From: Nitrospira japonica
GTDB lineage: Bacteria > Nitrospirota > Thermodesulfovibrionia > Thermodesulfovibrionales > SM23-35
Reading direction: 5' to 3'
NCBI GenBank assembly: GCA_020725385.1
Contig: DYFC01000049.1
Span: 1 to 39,737, forward strand
DNA length: 39,737 bases
The notes under the pieces are model-generated. The model saw only the letters and a list, made by a program, of their open reading frames with translations, was not told the DNA's origin and made no database searches. Shown piece after piece: positions 8,242 through 18,115 of this stretch. The number at the start of each line of letters is the position of its first letter. Positions within the stretch are counted from its first letter, which is position 1. A program made the position numbers and the translations under genes.

Positions 8242-9818
8242 CCGGTCTTGGTCAGATCCCTGAAGAACTGTTTATTCTCTGCGTAAAGAAGACCGTCCTC
8301 AAAAGTTATGAGGTCAGACTTGTATAAATTTGCGAGAGATATTTCCAGAGGTATAAAATCTTCGGTACCTATGGTTGTTTTTTGTGACCTTATCTGATGA
8401 GTTTTCCCTTCACGTATGAAATTTTTAATTCCAATACTGTTGATAATTGCCTCATAAGCGAGTATTCTTCCTTCTCCTGTTTTAAGAGGAATTAATTTTT
8501 GGGCAAAAATAAAAACAAGATTATCGGCAAGTCTTGTCCTTATAAATAACTGTTGATGTGGTGGAAACATATTTACTATTCTTTCGAGTGTTGTTACCGA
8601 ATTACTGGCATGTAATGACGCTATAACAAGATGACCTGTATCTGCAGCCTGTAAAGTAACATTAAAACTTTCAGCATCTCTGAGATCTCCAATTACAATA
8701 ACATCGGGATCCTGTCGATAAACATGCTTCATTCCTTCAATAAATGATAATGTATCGGTGCCGATTTCCCTTTGGTTAACATTGCTTTTTTTATGTTTGT
8801 GCAAATATTCTATAGGCTCTTCAAAAGTTATGATGTTACATTTTCTTGTTGAATTAATAATGTCAACTATTGTATTTAAAGTGGTTGTTTTTCCATGCCC
8901 GGCAGGACCTGAAATAAGTATAAGTCCCTGTGGCATTAGTATATATTCTTTAATCCATTCCGGGATATTAAGTTCTTCAATTGATGGAAGAATATCTTTT
9001 ATATATCTAAGAGTAATTGAAATCGAGTTTCGTTGTTTATACAAATTGACCCTGAAACGCCCGATTTCTGGAAAAGTTATTGCAGTATCAAAATCTCCTT
9101 TTTCCTGAAAAAGTTCCCACTTTTTATCTTTTAACAGTTCTTTTGCATAACGTATACAATCATCGGGTGTTAAAGCATTCATGGATGCTCTTCTAATATC
9201 ATTACCAAATTTTATTGATGGAGGCACACCTGCTGTAAGCATTAAATCAGTTGCAGGTGAATTCGAAAGATATTTCAAAAGATTTATTAAAGAAGGGGCT
9301 TTTCTAATCTCTATCTTGTGACTATCTTTTTCAATATTTGAACCTGAAATACCGTTTTCGGGATGTTCTACAAGTTTTTTTAGAACAGCTTCCATTTGCG
9401 ATGCTAAAACAACAACAGGATTAACTTTTTTGCCTAATGAAAATTCTATATCTCTAATGGCTATCATATCCTTCGGATTAACCATTGCAAGGGTAATAGA
9501 GTTTTCATCAAAAGTTACGGGGAGAACTTTCATTGCCTTTATTTTATCAATAGGCATTATTTTGATAACTTCAGGTGAAATGTCAATTTTGGATAAATTC
9601 AAAGAAGGTATACCAACCTGCTTGCTTAAGAAAGACAACATAGTATCGGTATCAACAAAACCCATTTCTACCAGAATTGAACCGAGATGGCCACCGACCT
9701 GTGCCTGTTTTTTTAAAGCATCTTTTAGCTGGTTTGTGTTTATTAGACCTTGTTCTACGAAAAGTTCACCAATACGTTGTTTTTTCTTTCCTAATAAAGA
9801 CATCTTTTTTTCTAACAT
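8238..9818 (-). CDS. PilT/PilU-family type IV pilus ATPase with N-terminal MshEN/T2SSE_N domain
   Basis: RIGELFVEQGLI...LKKQ MshEN repeat; GRFRVN, Walker A GPAGHGKTT, EEPIE, RQDPDVIVIGDLRD, TGHLV, IKNFIRE. Confidence 0.88.
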   Translation of the reverse strand: MLEKKMSLLGKKKQRIGELFVEQGLINTNQLKDALKKQAQVGGHLGSILVEMGFVDTDTMLSFLSKQVGIPSLNLSKIDISPEVIKIMPIDKIKAMKVLPVTFDENSITLAMVNPKDMIAIRDIEFSLGKKVNPVVVLASQMEAVLKKLVEHPENGISGSNIEKDSHKIEIRKAPSLINLLKYLSNSPATDLMLTAGVPPSIKFGNDIRRASMNALTPDDCIRYAKELLKDKKWELFQEKGDFDTAITFPEIGRFRVNLYKQRNSISITLRYIKDILPSIEELNIPEWIKEYILMPQGLILISGPAGHGKTTTLNTIVDIINSTRKCNIITFEEPIEYLHKHKKSNVNQREIGTDTLSFIEGMKHVYRQDPDVIVIGDLRDAESFNVTLQAADTGHLVIASLHASNSVTTLERIVNMFPPHQQLFIRTRLADNLVFIFAQKLIPLKTGEGRILAYEAIINSIGIKNFIREGKTHQIRSQKTTIGTEDFIPLEISLANLYKSDLITFEDGLLYAENKQFFRDLTKTG

Positions 9819-9908
9819 GTTTCCTTGAATTTGTCAAATTTTTTCTTTTTTATATAAAATTATGCTTAATATTTAAAGCAATGCTATAATTTTAAAAAGG
9901 GGTTTAAA

Positions 9909-11456
9909 ATGAAAGTTGTTACATCGGATGAAATGCGCAAGATTGACGAAAAAACTATTTCAGAATATGGTATACCTGGTTGCGTACTAATGGAAAGAGC
10001 AGGCTTTGCTGTTTCTCAAAAAATACAAAAAATATTCGAGCAAAAGAAAATACTGGTTTTTTCTGGAAGCGGAAATAATGGTGGTGATGGAATAGTCGCA
10101 GCACGTATTCTCAAAAATAAAGGGTATGATGTAAAAGTAATTCTTACAGCAGAGCCCGGGAAAATGAAAGGAGATGCTTTAGCTCAATATCAAACTGCTT
10201 TAAAATCTAATATTTCATTTTTTAATTCAGTATATTTTCTAAAAAATCCTGAAGAATTTCTCACTTATGACACAATTATTGTTGATGCAATTCTTGGCAC
10301 AGGCTTAAGTAAAGAAATAACAGGCAGGCTTGCAGAAATAATCAAACTGATTAATAGCTCAAAATTACCTGTAGTCTCTATTGATATACCATCCGGTATA
10401 TCCTCTGATACAGGTCATATTCTCGGAACCTCGATTAAGGCTGATTATACTATTACTTTTGGGCTACCCAAAAGAGGACACCTACTCTATCCCGGAATTG
10501 AAAATACCGGAAAACTTTTTATTGAAAATATAGGATTCCCTCAGGATTTGCTTGAATCTGATTCATTAAATATCGAATTGATTGAAAAAGACAATGTATG
10601 CAAATTAATTCCGGAAAGGAAAAAATATTCTCATAAAGGAAATTATGGACATATCCTACTGATTGCAGGCTCACAGGGTAAAACAGGTGCTGCATTTATG
10701 GCCGCTAAAGCATGTTTAAGGTCAGGAGCCGGGCTTGTTACAATTGGAATTCCTGAGAGACTTTCAGATATTTTTCAACAAAGAGTTACAGAAGAAATGA
10801 CATTGATTCTTCCTGATAACAGAGATGGTACACTTTCTGAAGAAGCTTTGAATAATATATTTGACTTTGCAGAGAGAAGTGCAGATTTAATTGCTATCGG
10901 GCCTGGCATAGGTGTAAACAAAGCAACAAAGAAAATAGTTAGGGCATTAATTACAGAATCTAAAATCCCTTTGATTATTGATGCTGACGGACTTAATTCA
11001 ATTTCAGATCCTAAAGCAGTTCTAAAAAAAGCAATTACTAAAATTATTTTAACTCCTCATCCAGGTGAAATGTCCCGACTTATTAACTTACCGGTTGCTG
11101 ATATTGAAAGAGATAGAATTAATAAAGCTATTTTATTTGCATCGGAAACAGGTGTTATAGTTGTGCTTAAAGGTGTCCCTACAATAATTGCTTCACCTGA
11201 TGGAAAAGCATATATTAATCCCACAGGAAATCCGGGGATGGCCACAGCAGGTGCCGGAGATGTACTTACAGGTATGATTTCAGGATTTCTTGCTCAAAAG
11301 CTTTTAACGCTTGATTCATGCTTGCTCGGAGTATATATGCATGGATTGGCAGGCGATTTAGCTGCAAATAATAAAGGAATGCATTCATTAATTGCATCGG
11401 ATATTATTAATAGCATACCAGAAGCATTCAAGGCTATTTTAGGAAATAAGGGCTGA
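9909..11456 (+). CDS. nnr: Bifunctional NAD(P)H-hydrate epimerase/dehydratase (YjeF)
   Basis: LMERAG, GNNGGDG, DAILGTG, DIPSG; SHKG, GPGIG, DADGL, TPHPGE, ATAGAGDVL. Confidence 0.95.
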   Translation: MKVVTSDEMRKIDEKTISEYGIPGCVLMERAGFAVSQKIQKIFEQKKILVFSGSGNNGGDGIVAARILKNKGYDVKVILTAEPGKMKGDALAQYQTALKSNISFFNSVYFLKNPEEFLTYDTIIVDAILGTGLSKEITGRLAEIIKLINSSKLPVVSIDIPSGISSDTGHILGTSIKADYTITFGLPKRGHLLYPGIENTGKLFIENIGFPQDLLESDSLNIELIEKDNVCKLIPERKKYSHKGNYGHILLIAGSQGKTGAAFMAAKACLRSGAGLVTIGIPERLSDIFQQRVTEEMTLILPDNRDGTLSEEALNNIFDFAERSADLIAIGPGIGVNKATKKIVRALITESKIPLIIDADGLNSISDPKAVLKKAITKIILTPHPGEMSRLINLPVADIERDRINKAILFASETGVIVVLKGVPTIIASPDGKAYINPTGNPGMATAGAGDVLTGMISGFLAQKLLTLDSCLLGVYMHGLAGDLAANNKGMHSLIASDIINSIPEAFKAILGNKG

Positions 11457-12401
11457 AATACTGCTTTTAAGTATTGAGGCGGATTTTTCAAGTAAAGATT
11501 GTTCTTCCGGTATCAATTTAGTTTCAATAATTCTCTCTATACCCAATCTTGATAGAATCACAGGTATTCCGAGACTCACATCCGACAGCCCGTACTCTCC
11601 TTGAAGAACGGCTGATACAGTTAAAATACTTTTTTCATTCCTTATGATTGCGCTTACAATTTTTAAAAGAGCCATTGCAATTCCGAAATATGTAGCACCT
11701 TTATAATCAATAATATGATAGGCGGATTTTCTTACAATATCTTCAATTTTTTTACGTTCTTCCATAAAATCTATGCATAAACCACATAGATTACAATAAC
11801 TGTTAATAGGAATACCACCTATATGAGCCATTGACCATGCTGCGAATTCACTATCTCCATGCTCACCGAGAATATATGCATGAATATTATGAACATTTAT
11901 TCCACATTTTTTACTGAGGAGATAACGTAATCGTGAACTATCAAGAACAGTACCGGAACCAATTACACGGTTTCTTTCCCATCCCGACCTTTTCCATGCT
12001 ATATAAGTTAAAATATCGACAGGATTGCTCACTATAATTATAGTTGCTTTTGATTTTTGTTTAATGATTTCGTCAATAATTCCTTCAATAATAGATTTGT
12101 TTTTTTCAAGAAGACTTAACCTCGATTCGTTACCACTAAACATTTTTACACCGGCAGTAATTACGATTACATCCGCATCCGAGTAATCGATATTGCTTCC
12201 CCCGTAAATTTCCACAGGAGGAAAAAATGGTTTACCATGCATGAGGTCGAGTACTTGCCCCTTAACAAGATCTTCATTCATATCGGTAATCGCAACTTCG
12301 TTAACTATACCATGCTGGGCAAGAGCAAAGGCAAAAGTTGAACCAACTGCTCCAGCACCCACAATAACCACTTTTCTTGCTTTCCATGTCTCGTCTTGCA
12401 T
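11439..12401 (-). CDS. ldh: L-lactate dehydrogenase-family 2-hydroxyacid dehydrogenase
   Basis: GAGAVG, SNPVD, GSGTVLDSSR, GEHGDS, KGATYFGI; the specificity loop is atypical. Confidence 0.85.
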   Translation of the reverse strand: MQDETWKARKVVIVGAGAVGSTFAFALAQHGIVNEVAITDMNEDLVKGQVLDLMHGKPFFPPVEIYGGSNIDYSDADVIVITAGVKMFSGNESRLSLLEKNKSIIEGIIDEIIKQKSKATIIIVSNPVDILTYIAWKRSGWERNRVIGSGTVLDSSRLRYLLSKKCGINVHNIHAYILGEHGDSEFAAWSMAHIGGIPINSYCNLCGLCIDFMEERKKIEDIVRKSAYHIIDYKGATYFGIAMALLKIVSAIIRNEKSILTVSAVLQGEYGLSDVSLGIPVILSRLGIERIIETKLIPEEQSLLEKSASILKSSISALIS

Positions 12402-12405
12402 GATT

Positions 12406-12909
12406 TTAACCTCTTTTTCTCAAAATTTGTTTTATATAATTTTCTATTTTAAACACCAAATCCATTTCCTTGCCTGTAATTTCTTGAACTCTAATTAGTT
12501 TCTTAAACGGTATTTTTTCTCTTAGAATAGAGCAAGTATAATTGATACAAATGACAGGTCTTGCTTTTAGACAACATCCTTTTTCTGTAAGAAAATGACA
12601 CAATTCAGGATAAAAGGGAAATTCGGGCAACGGTACATTCATCAACATATTTATTAAAAGAAGAGTTGTATCACATTTAAAGCCGGTTCTAAATGTGCAA
12701 CAGGTCTCCGCTCTCTGAAGGGAACATGATGCACATTCATTAACTATTCCGCTTTTAATCATTTCTTCCCTTGAGATATTGATTTTACTCTCTAATAATG
12801 ACAACATTTTTGCCAGATTTAAGTCTGAAAGCAATGTATCGCCGTGTATTTTAAAAAGATTTTTTGCAGAATAAATTGATTGTGTAATTAACTGTCCAGC
12901 TTTTTTCAT
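12406..12909 (-). CDS. Cys-rich hypothetical protein (YkgJ/CxxCxxCC-like metal-binding)
   Basis: CASC...TCC, CHFLTEKGCCLKARPVICINYTC. Confidence 0.65.
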   Translation of the reverse strand: MKKAGQLITQSIYSAKNLFKIHGDTLLSDLNLAKMLSLLESKINISREEMIKSGIVNECASCSLQRAETCCTFRTGFKCDTTLLLINMLMNVPLPEFPFYPELCHFLTEKGCCLKARPVICINYTCSILREKIPFKKLIRVQEITGKEMDLVFKIENYIKQILRKRG

Positions 12910-12934
12910 ACTGGTGATGATTTATATCTGTAGA

Positions 12935-13705
12935 TCAAGAAATATAATCATTTATTCCGGTTTGTTCTTTTAATTCCTGGTACAAAATCTCGGCTGTTTT
13001 AAATAAATTAACAGTATCTTCTTTGTTATATAAGATTAGCAAATCAAGAGCTTCGTTGCTTCCATTACAATAGTATTCCCATAGTTTTACAGCGTCATAG
13101 CCATTCAGACCCTGAACTGAATGATCTCTTTCAATTCCAAGAGCAGACTCAAGTTTTTTAAGCCCTCCTTTATATCCAACTTTTCTTGAACAAAAACAGG
13201 TATCAAAATGAGGCATATTGAATTCCAGACCACTCATTGTTCTCAATAAAAAAGGGACATCAAAACCTGTTCCGAAATATGTAACAAGAATTCGATAATT
13301 AGAAAGCTCTTTTTGTAAATCCTCAGAGTTAAGGTTAATATTTTGAATGAAACATTTATAATCGTATCCGTTGTATAGACCGACTACAGTAACATATCCT
13401 CCTTTATCAGGCATAAATCCATTAGTCTCAATATCGAGACATACTGCTGAATCTTTAAATTTCTCAAAAAATCTCCAGTGTTCCCGTCTTTTGATGTTGT
13501 TAGAAAGATATTTTGTGTTGCATTTTTCCAATTCCATATTTAGAATCGAAAGAATATCATTGTAGATTTTTTTATTATTTACTGATATAAAATCAATGCT
13601 ATCATTATTAATAAAATCATCCCAGGTAAGAACACCTTTCTTCCAGAGACGCTTTTCTGTTTTTTCCCCAATACCATCAAGAATACAGAAAGTATTTTGT
13701 ATCAT
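12935..13705 (-). CDS. RNase H-like (YprB/RNase_H_2) exonuclease-domain protein
   Basis: GIGEKTE HhH-like motif, LDIETNG, FDVPFL, GGLKKLE, YNKED. Confidence 0.85.
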   Translation of the reverse strand: MIQNTFCILDGIGEKTEKRLWKKGVLTWDDFINNDSIDFISVNNKKIYNDILSILNMELEKCNTKYLSNNIKRREHWRFFEKFKDSAVCLDIETNGFMPDKGGYVTVVGLYNGYDYKCFIQNINLNSEDLQKELSNYRILVTYFGTGFDVPFLLRTMSGLEFNMPHFDTCFCSRKVGYKGGLKKLESALGIERDHSVQGLNGYDAVKLWEYYCNGSNEALDLLILYNKEDTVNLFKTAEILYQELKEQTGINDYIS

Positions 13706-13716
13706 TGCCCATGCCT

Positions 13717-15408
13717 TTATTTTAAATTTAACTGCCTTAGGCCTTCTTGAGCTCTTTTACACGAACTGTTCAACTTAACAGCTTTTTCGAATGTTGATTT
13801 AGCCCTGAGCGGAAATCCAAGCTTGATATAAAGATACCCCAATTCTGCAAGATATTCTGCATTGGAAGGGTTAAGTTTAATTGCCTGATTTATTGATTTG
13901 ACAGCCTGATGAAATTGTTTTTCCTGATTATATGAAAGACCGAGATAATAATGATAAGCAGGAACAGAACTATCAAGATAAACAGCCTGCCCGAATAATT
14001 CTCGGGCTTCAGCATAAGAACCTTTTTTATAAGCTATCTCACCCTCCTGAAATCTGATTTTTGCCATATCAGAATTACTAAGATGAATAGGGGAAGGTTC
14101 TGATGATAAGCCTTCATCATATTTTATTCTCTCGGAAGGATTTGAAAGAACTTTATACACTTCTGTAAGATGAGAAAAAATAGAATTAAGTTTTGTTTTG
14201 AAGTCATCTGATTGAATTGATAAATGCCTGTCAGGATGGTATTCTTTTGCAGCTTTGTAGTAAGCTTTTTTAATGCTGTCTAAAGTAGCCCATTTTGGAA
14301 CTCCGAGAAAACTATAATAATCGATATTCTCCAACCTTTTAAAAAGATATTCTACTTTTTCAATAAATTCATTATCTATATTTTCAAGGTCATTTTTCAA
14401 AATTTCATCTTCCATATTAACCTGTTCGGCAGGCTGATTACTTTCCTTTATTGTGATTACACGTGTATTCAATAAAGCATAAATTGTCTTTGCTATTTGA
14501 AAAGTATCTTTTCCGGATTCAACTATTATAGCATTAATACTTTTTTTCCCGTCTATCTTATGAAGAATTTCCCTGTCATTTTCATCAAGTTTTAAATCCT
14601 GGAAGAGATCTATAGGGTCTGAAGAATAACATAAAATCGAATCCTTAGATGGCATGAGTTTATTTATCATAGATATATTTGTCATTTGTTTTATACCGCG
14701 ATATATCAGATTAGCAGTGCTTAATTTTAGCTGTATCATATGGTCAGTTACAACCGGACCTTCAACAAAAGAAAATTTACCGTCCAACGATTGAAACAGG
14801 CTTAAAATTATTTTTTCAACCTGCAGTTTAACAGCATCGATAATGTCAGCGGGCTTTAGAAACCCCAGTTCAACAAGTACAGAACCATGACTTTTATTTT
14901 TCTGTTTCGAAAGATTTACCACCTGATAGTACTGGTCAATGGTGATTCTTCCGGAACCAAGTAACACTTCAATAAAACGGTCCTCTTCAGCATTAGAAGT
15001 AGCATAGATTATATCCCCATTTTTAATGAAAACTTTTTTGATTGTATTTTGATTAGTAATGTCAAGTATGCCGTTCTTCATGCTTCTTTGTAAATCCATA
15101 AAAATGTCGGCCAATGGATAATGCCTCAGCATTCCGGATATATTTTTTCTTTTGATTCCACCTGTTATAATAGCTTTATCTTTTTTCGACCAGATAATCT
15201 GCCCAGATTCATTCAGATTAAGTTCTTTTATATTAAAGCTGACAACGGGTCCTAATGTAATTGGTGGTGAATTGTCTATACAAAAACCTATTCCTTCAAG
15301 TGAATAGTCTGTTGTAAAAGCTTTACAAGAAATATCTTTTGATTTGATTAATATTTCCGTCCTGGTTTTATATCTTTTGAATTCTCTTTTATCTTTCTGC
15401 TCGGACAT
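13717..15408 (-). CDS. PilZ - DUF4388 - DnaJ(J) - TPR multidomain protein
   Basis: REFKR and DYSLEG (PilZ); G.L....LADI...NGIL...KKVFIKNGDIIYA (DUF4388); DYYSFLGV...KKAYY...YHPD (J domain); C-terminal TPRs. Confidence 0.85.
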   Translation of the reverse strand: MSEQKDKREFKRYKTRTEILIKSKDISCKAFTTDYSLEGIGFCIDNSPPITLGPVVSFNIKELNLNESGQIIWSKKDKAIITGGIKRKNISGMLRHYPLADIFMDLQRSMKNGILDITNQNTIKKVFIKNGDIIYATSNAEEDRFIEVLLGSGRITIDQYYQVVNLSKQKNKSHGSVLVELGFLKPADIIDAVKLQVEKIILSLFQSLDGKFSFVEGPVVTDHMIQLKLSTANLIYRGIKQMTNISMINKLMPSKDSILCYSSDPIDLFQDLKLDENDREILHKIDGKKSINAIIVESGKDTFQIAKTIYALLNTRVITIKESNQPAEQVNMEDEILKNDLENIDNEFIEKVEYLFKRLENIDYYSFLGVPKWATLDSIKKAYYKAAKEYHPDRHLSIQSDDFKTKLNSIFSHLTEVYKVLSNPSERIKYDEGLSSEPSPIHLSNSDMAKIRFQEGEIAYKKGSYAEARELFGQAVYLDSSVPAYHYYLGLSYNQEKQFHQAVKSINQAIKLNPSNAEYLAELGYLYIKLGFPLRAKSTFEKAVKLNSSCKRAQEGLRQLNLK

Positions 15409-15482
15409 TAAATTTATTTTGAAATGAATTGAATTGTTTATAAATTAAGGGACATCTCGCGGTGATTATTTCGAAAAATAAT

Positions 15483-16181
15483 TCATGTTCCATTTTCCGG
15501 AAGATTCAACCTTATGACCTGTCCGGATTCACCAAGCTTACCGATGTCCTTACCATTGAAAAAAACCCGTATTCCACCTGCGTTGCCAATCTTCAGGGAA
15601 AATGAACTCTTTGCCTGACATTTGAAAGTCTCACCCGGTTGAATTAACATTTCCTGTGAGTTTGTATTATCCGAAACAATCTGAAGCCATGTAGGTTCGA
15701 TTGCTTTGATTTCAAGGGATTGTAAAACTTCGGAGCCGGTATTTATATTTTCGGGTATTTTTCTCTGAATGTTTTCTGTTTTAGCGATAACTTTCGTCTC
15801 GGAAATAGGCTTGTGTTTAAAAATCGTAGCAGCAATTATAATAGCAACCAATGAAATACTGATAGGGATAAAAAAATATTTGAAGGAATTTCTTTTTTTT
15901 TCATCTGAAACAGTAATATTGATAGTCTTAGCCACTGGTTCGGGAGGTTGAGAGTTACTATATGTTTTTAAAACACTGTCAGGATCGAGACCAAGCAACT
16001 TCGCATATGATAGAAGATAAGCCTTTACATATACTTCAGCGGGAAGATTCTTTAAATCATCTTCCTCAAGAGCTTTTAAGTATGAATATTTTATTTTTAG
16101 GGTCTCGGAGATTTCCCTGAGGTCTTTCCCCAGTTCTTCCCTTTTTCTTCTTAGAACCTCCCCGACCAATATTCCTCCCAA
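15483..16181 (-). CDS. rodZ: RodZ-like protein (HTH - TM - DUF4115)
   Basis: GEVLRRKRE...LKALEE..LP..YVKAYL..YAKLLGLD, a single TM segment, IGNAGGI. Exact start uncertain. Confidence 0.88.
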   Translation of the reverse strand: MGGILVGEVLRRKREELGKDLREISETLKIKYSYLKALEEDDLKNLPAEVYVKAYLLSYAKLLGLDPDSVLKTYSNSQPPEPVAKTINITVSDEKKRNSFKYFFIPISISLVAIIIAATIFKHKPISETKVIAKTENIQRKIPENINTGSEVLQSLEIKAIEPTWLQIVSDNTNSQEMLIQPGETFKCQAKSSFSLKIGNAGGIRVFFNGKDIGKLGESGQVIRLNLPENGT

Positions 16182-16283
16182 AAAATTCTTATTTTTTCAT
16201 AATATACCATATAATTTCTATAAGAGCAATAAATGCAATATATATATATTATGGAGATAAAATGGAGTGTCTTGATATATTGA

Positions 16284-17474
16284 TTATGCTGCCGGCAAAT
16301 ATATATGAAAAGACGTGCCTTTTCCGGGTGTAGATTCTACAGTAATTAGACCTTCATGTTTCTTGATTATTGAATAAGCAATTGTTAGCCCGAGTCCCAT
16401 GCCTTTCTGATAATATGTTTCCTTTGTTGAAAAATAAGGGTCAAATATTTTATGAACATTTTCTTCCGGTACACCTTTGCCTGTATCCGAGATGGTTAAT
16501 TTCACGTACTTGCTCTCTTTCAAAAGCAAATTTTCATTTATTACCGAATCAAAATTAATAGCATCAATTGAAATTAGTCCACCATTGGGCATAGCTTCAA
16601 CTGAATTTTCAAGTATTTTTGTTATAGCAATACTTATCTGGTTTTCGTCAATTTTGACCTTATATATATTTTCAGGAATAAAAAGGTTAATTTCGATCTC
16701 CGGGTTGAATTTAGTATGGTGTAACAAATCTATCAGAAGCTTTTTAATAGATGATTCTCTAAGAATAGGGTCTTCACCTTTCGAGAAAGTTATAAGCATA
16801 TTTGATAAAGTTTGAGCATTTATACATTGATTCTCAACCTTCTCGAGTGCTTTGATAACATCGGGTTCATGAGATTTCATTTTTGCTATAGCTATCCCCA
16901 TAATAATACCCTGAAATAAATTATTGAAATCATGTGCTATTCCACCGGCGAGAATACCTATGGATTCAAGTTTACGGGCTTTTAAAAGTTCTTCTTCGAG
17001 CTTTTTTCTTTCGGTCGTAACCTGAAAAAATACCGAGATTCCGCTTTCGAATGGATATACTCTTACATCAAACCAGTTTTTATAAGGTTCAACACCAAAA
17101 TAAGTCTCAAAATTTAAAGCTTTCCTTTCTCTAATTGCCTCAGTATATTTTTCTTCAAATATTGAACCTTTTGCTTCAGGGAAAGCCTCAAAAAGATTTC
17201 TACCAAGAATTTCTTCGGGTTTTCTGGCTAATAAAATTCCAGCAGATTTATTGAAATATGTAACGACGAAATTATTGTCGAGTGTAAAAAAACCATCACT
17301 AATACTCTCAATAATTGTTATTAAACGATCCCTTGATTTGCGGAGCTCATTGACTATATGTTTACGTTCAGTATTTTCTGTTTTAAGGAGGTTAATTATA
17401 TCCTTAAGTTCTTTTTGTTTATTTATAGAAAATGTTTTTGTCATGTATTTTGAATCAAAGGGAATTTCCGGCAT
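16284..17474 (-). CDS. PAS-domain sensor histidine kinase (cytoplasmic)
   Basis: ESISDGFF PAS, GGIAHDFNN H-box, ENSVEAM, DTGKG, FDPYFSTK, GMGLGL. Start uncertain (17444-17519). Confidence 0.9.
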   Translation of the reverse strand: MPEIPFDSKYMTKTFSINKQKELKDIINLLKTENTERKHIVNELRKSRDRLITIIESISDGFFTLDNNFVVTYFNKSAGILLARKPEEILGRNLFEAFPEAKGSIFEEKYTEAIRERKALNFETYFGVEPYKNWFDVRVYPFESGISVFFQVTTERKKLEEELLKARKLESIGILAGGIAHDFNNLFQGIIMGIAIAKMKSHEPDVIKALEKVENQCINAQTLSNMLITFSKGEDPILRESSIKKLLIDLLHHTKFNPEIEINLFIPENIYKVKIDENQISIAITKILENSVEAMPNGGLISIDAINFDSVINENLLLKESKYVKLTISDTGKGVPEENVHKIFDPYFSTKETYYQKGMGLGLTIAYSIIKKHEGLITVESTPGKGTSFHIYLPAA

Positions 17475-17650
17475 ATTAATTTGGTATCGGCTTATTCTGA
17501 GTAAAATAACACAATGCAAAAAAGTTTGTAAACGATTTTTTCAGAAAACGACTAGTTGATTTTATATTGACAAGTTTATCTATATGTAAAAATCAGCAAT
17601 AAGTTTTTTAATCCCTCAAATCCTAAAAAATTTTGCCCTTCTAAGAATTA

Positions 17651-17679
17651 TTGTACTACATATGCCTCTATGCTATACT
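17651..17679 (+). promoter_or_regulatory. Putative extended -10 sigma70 promoter of the cheY-cheC-DGC operon
   Basis: TTGTAC-17 bp-TATACT with TG at the extended -10 position (TGCTATACT). Confidence 0.5.
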
Positions 17680-17740
17680 GAAATATATTTTTAAAACTAA
17701 ACAAAATCTTAAAATTTTCAAGACAAAAGAAGGTGCTATA

Positions 17741-18115
17741 ATCGCAAAAATACTTATTATTGATGATTCAGCATTATCAAGAAGAATGCTTCGGGCTATA
17801 CTCGAAGCTGCAGGATATTCTGTTGTGGAAGCAGAAAACGGGATATCAGGAATAAAAAAATTTTTTTCTGATAAACCCGATGTTGTCTTACTTGACCTGA
17901 CAATGGAAGGCATGCCTGGTATGGAAGTTTTAAGAAAACTTAAGGATATGGACAAAAGCGCCAGGGTGGTCATCGCATCTGCTGATATTCAGACATCTAC
18001 TCAGAAAGAAGCCATAGAAGCCGGTGCAGAATCCTACCTGACAAAACCTTACACTCCTGAACAGGTTATTAAAGTTGTTAAAGGAATTTTAGAAGGGACA
18101 AATCATGATAATTGA
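17741..18115 (+). CDS. Single-domain CheY-like response regulator (probable ATC/ATA start)
   Basis: KILIIDD, VVLLDLTM phosphoacceptor, ASA, YLTKP; SD-like GAAGGTG at 17729-17735. Confidence 0.88.
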   Translation: MAKILIIDDSALSRRMLRAILEAAGYSVVEAENGISGIKKFFSDKPDVVLLDLTMEGMPGMEVLRKLKDMDKSARVVIASADIQTSTQKEAIEAGAESYLTKPYTPEQVIKVVKGILEGTNHDN

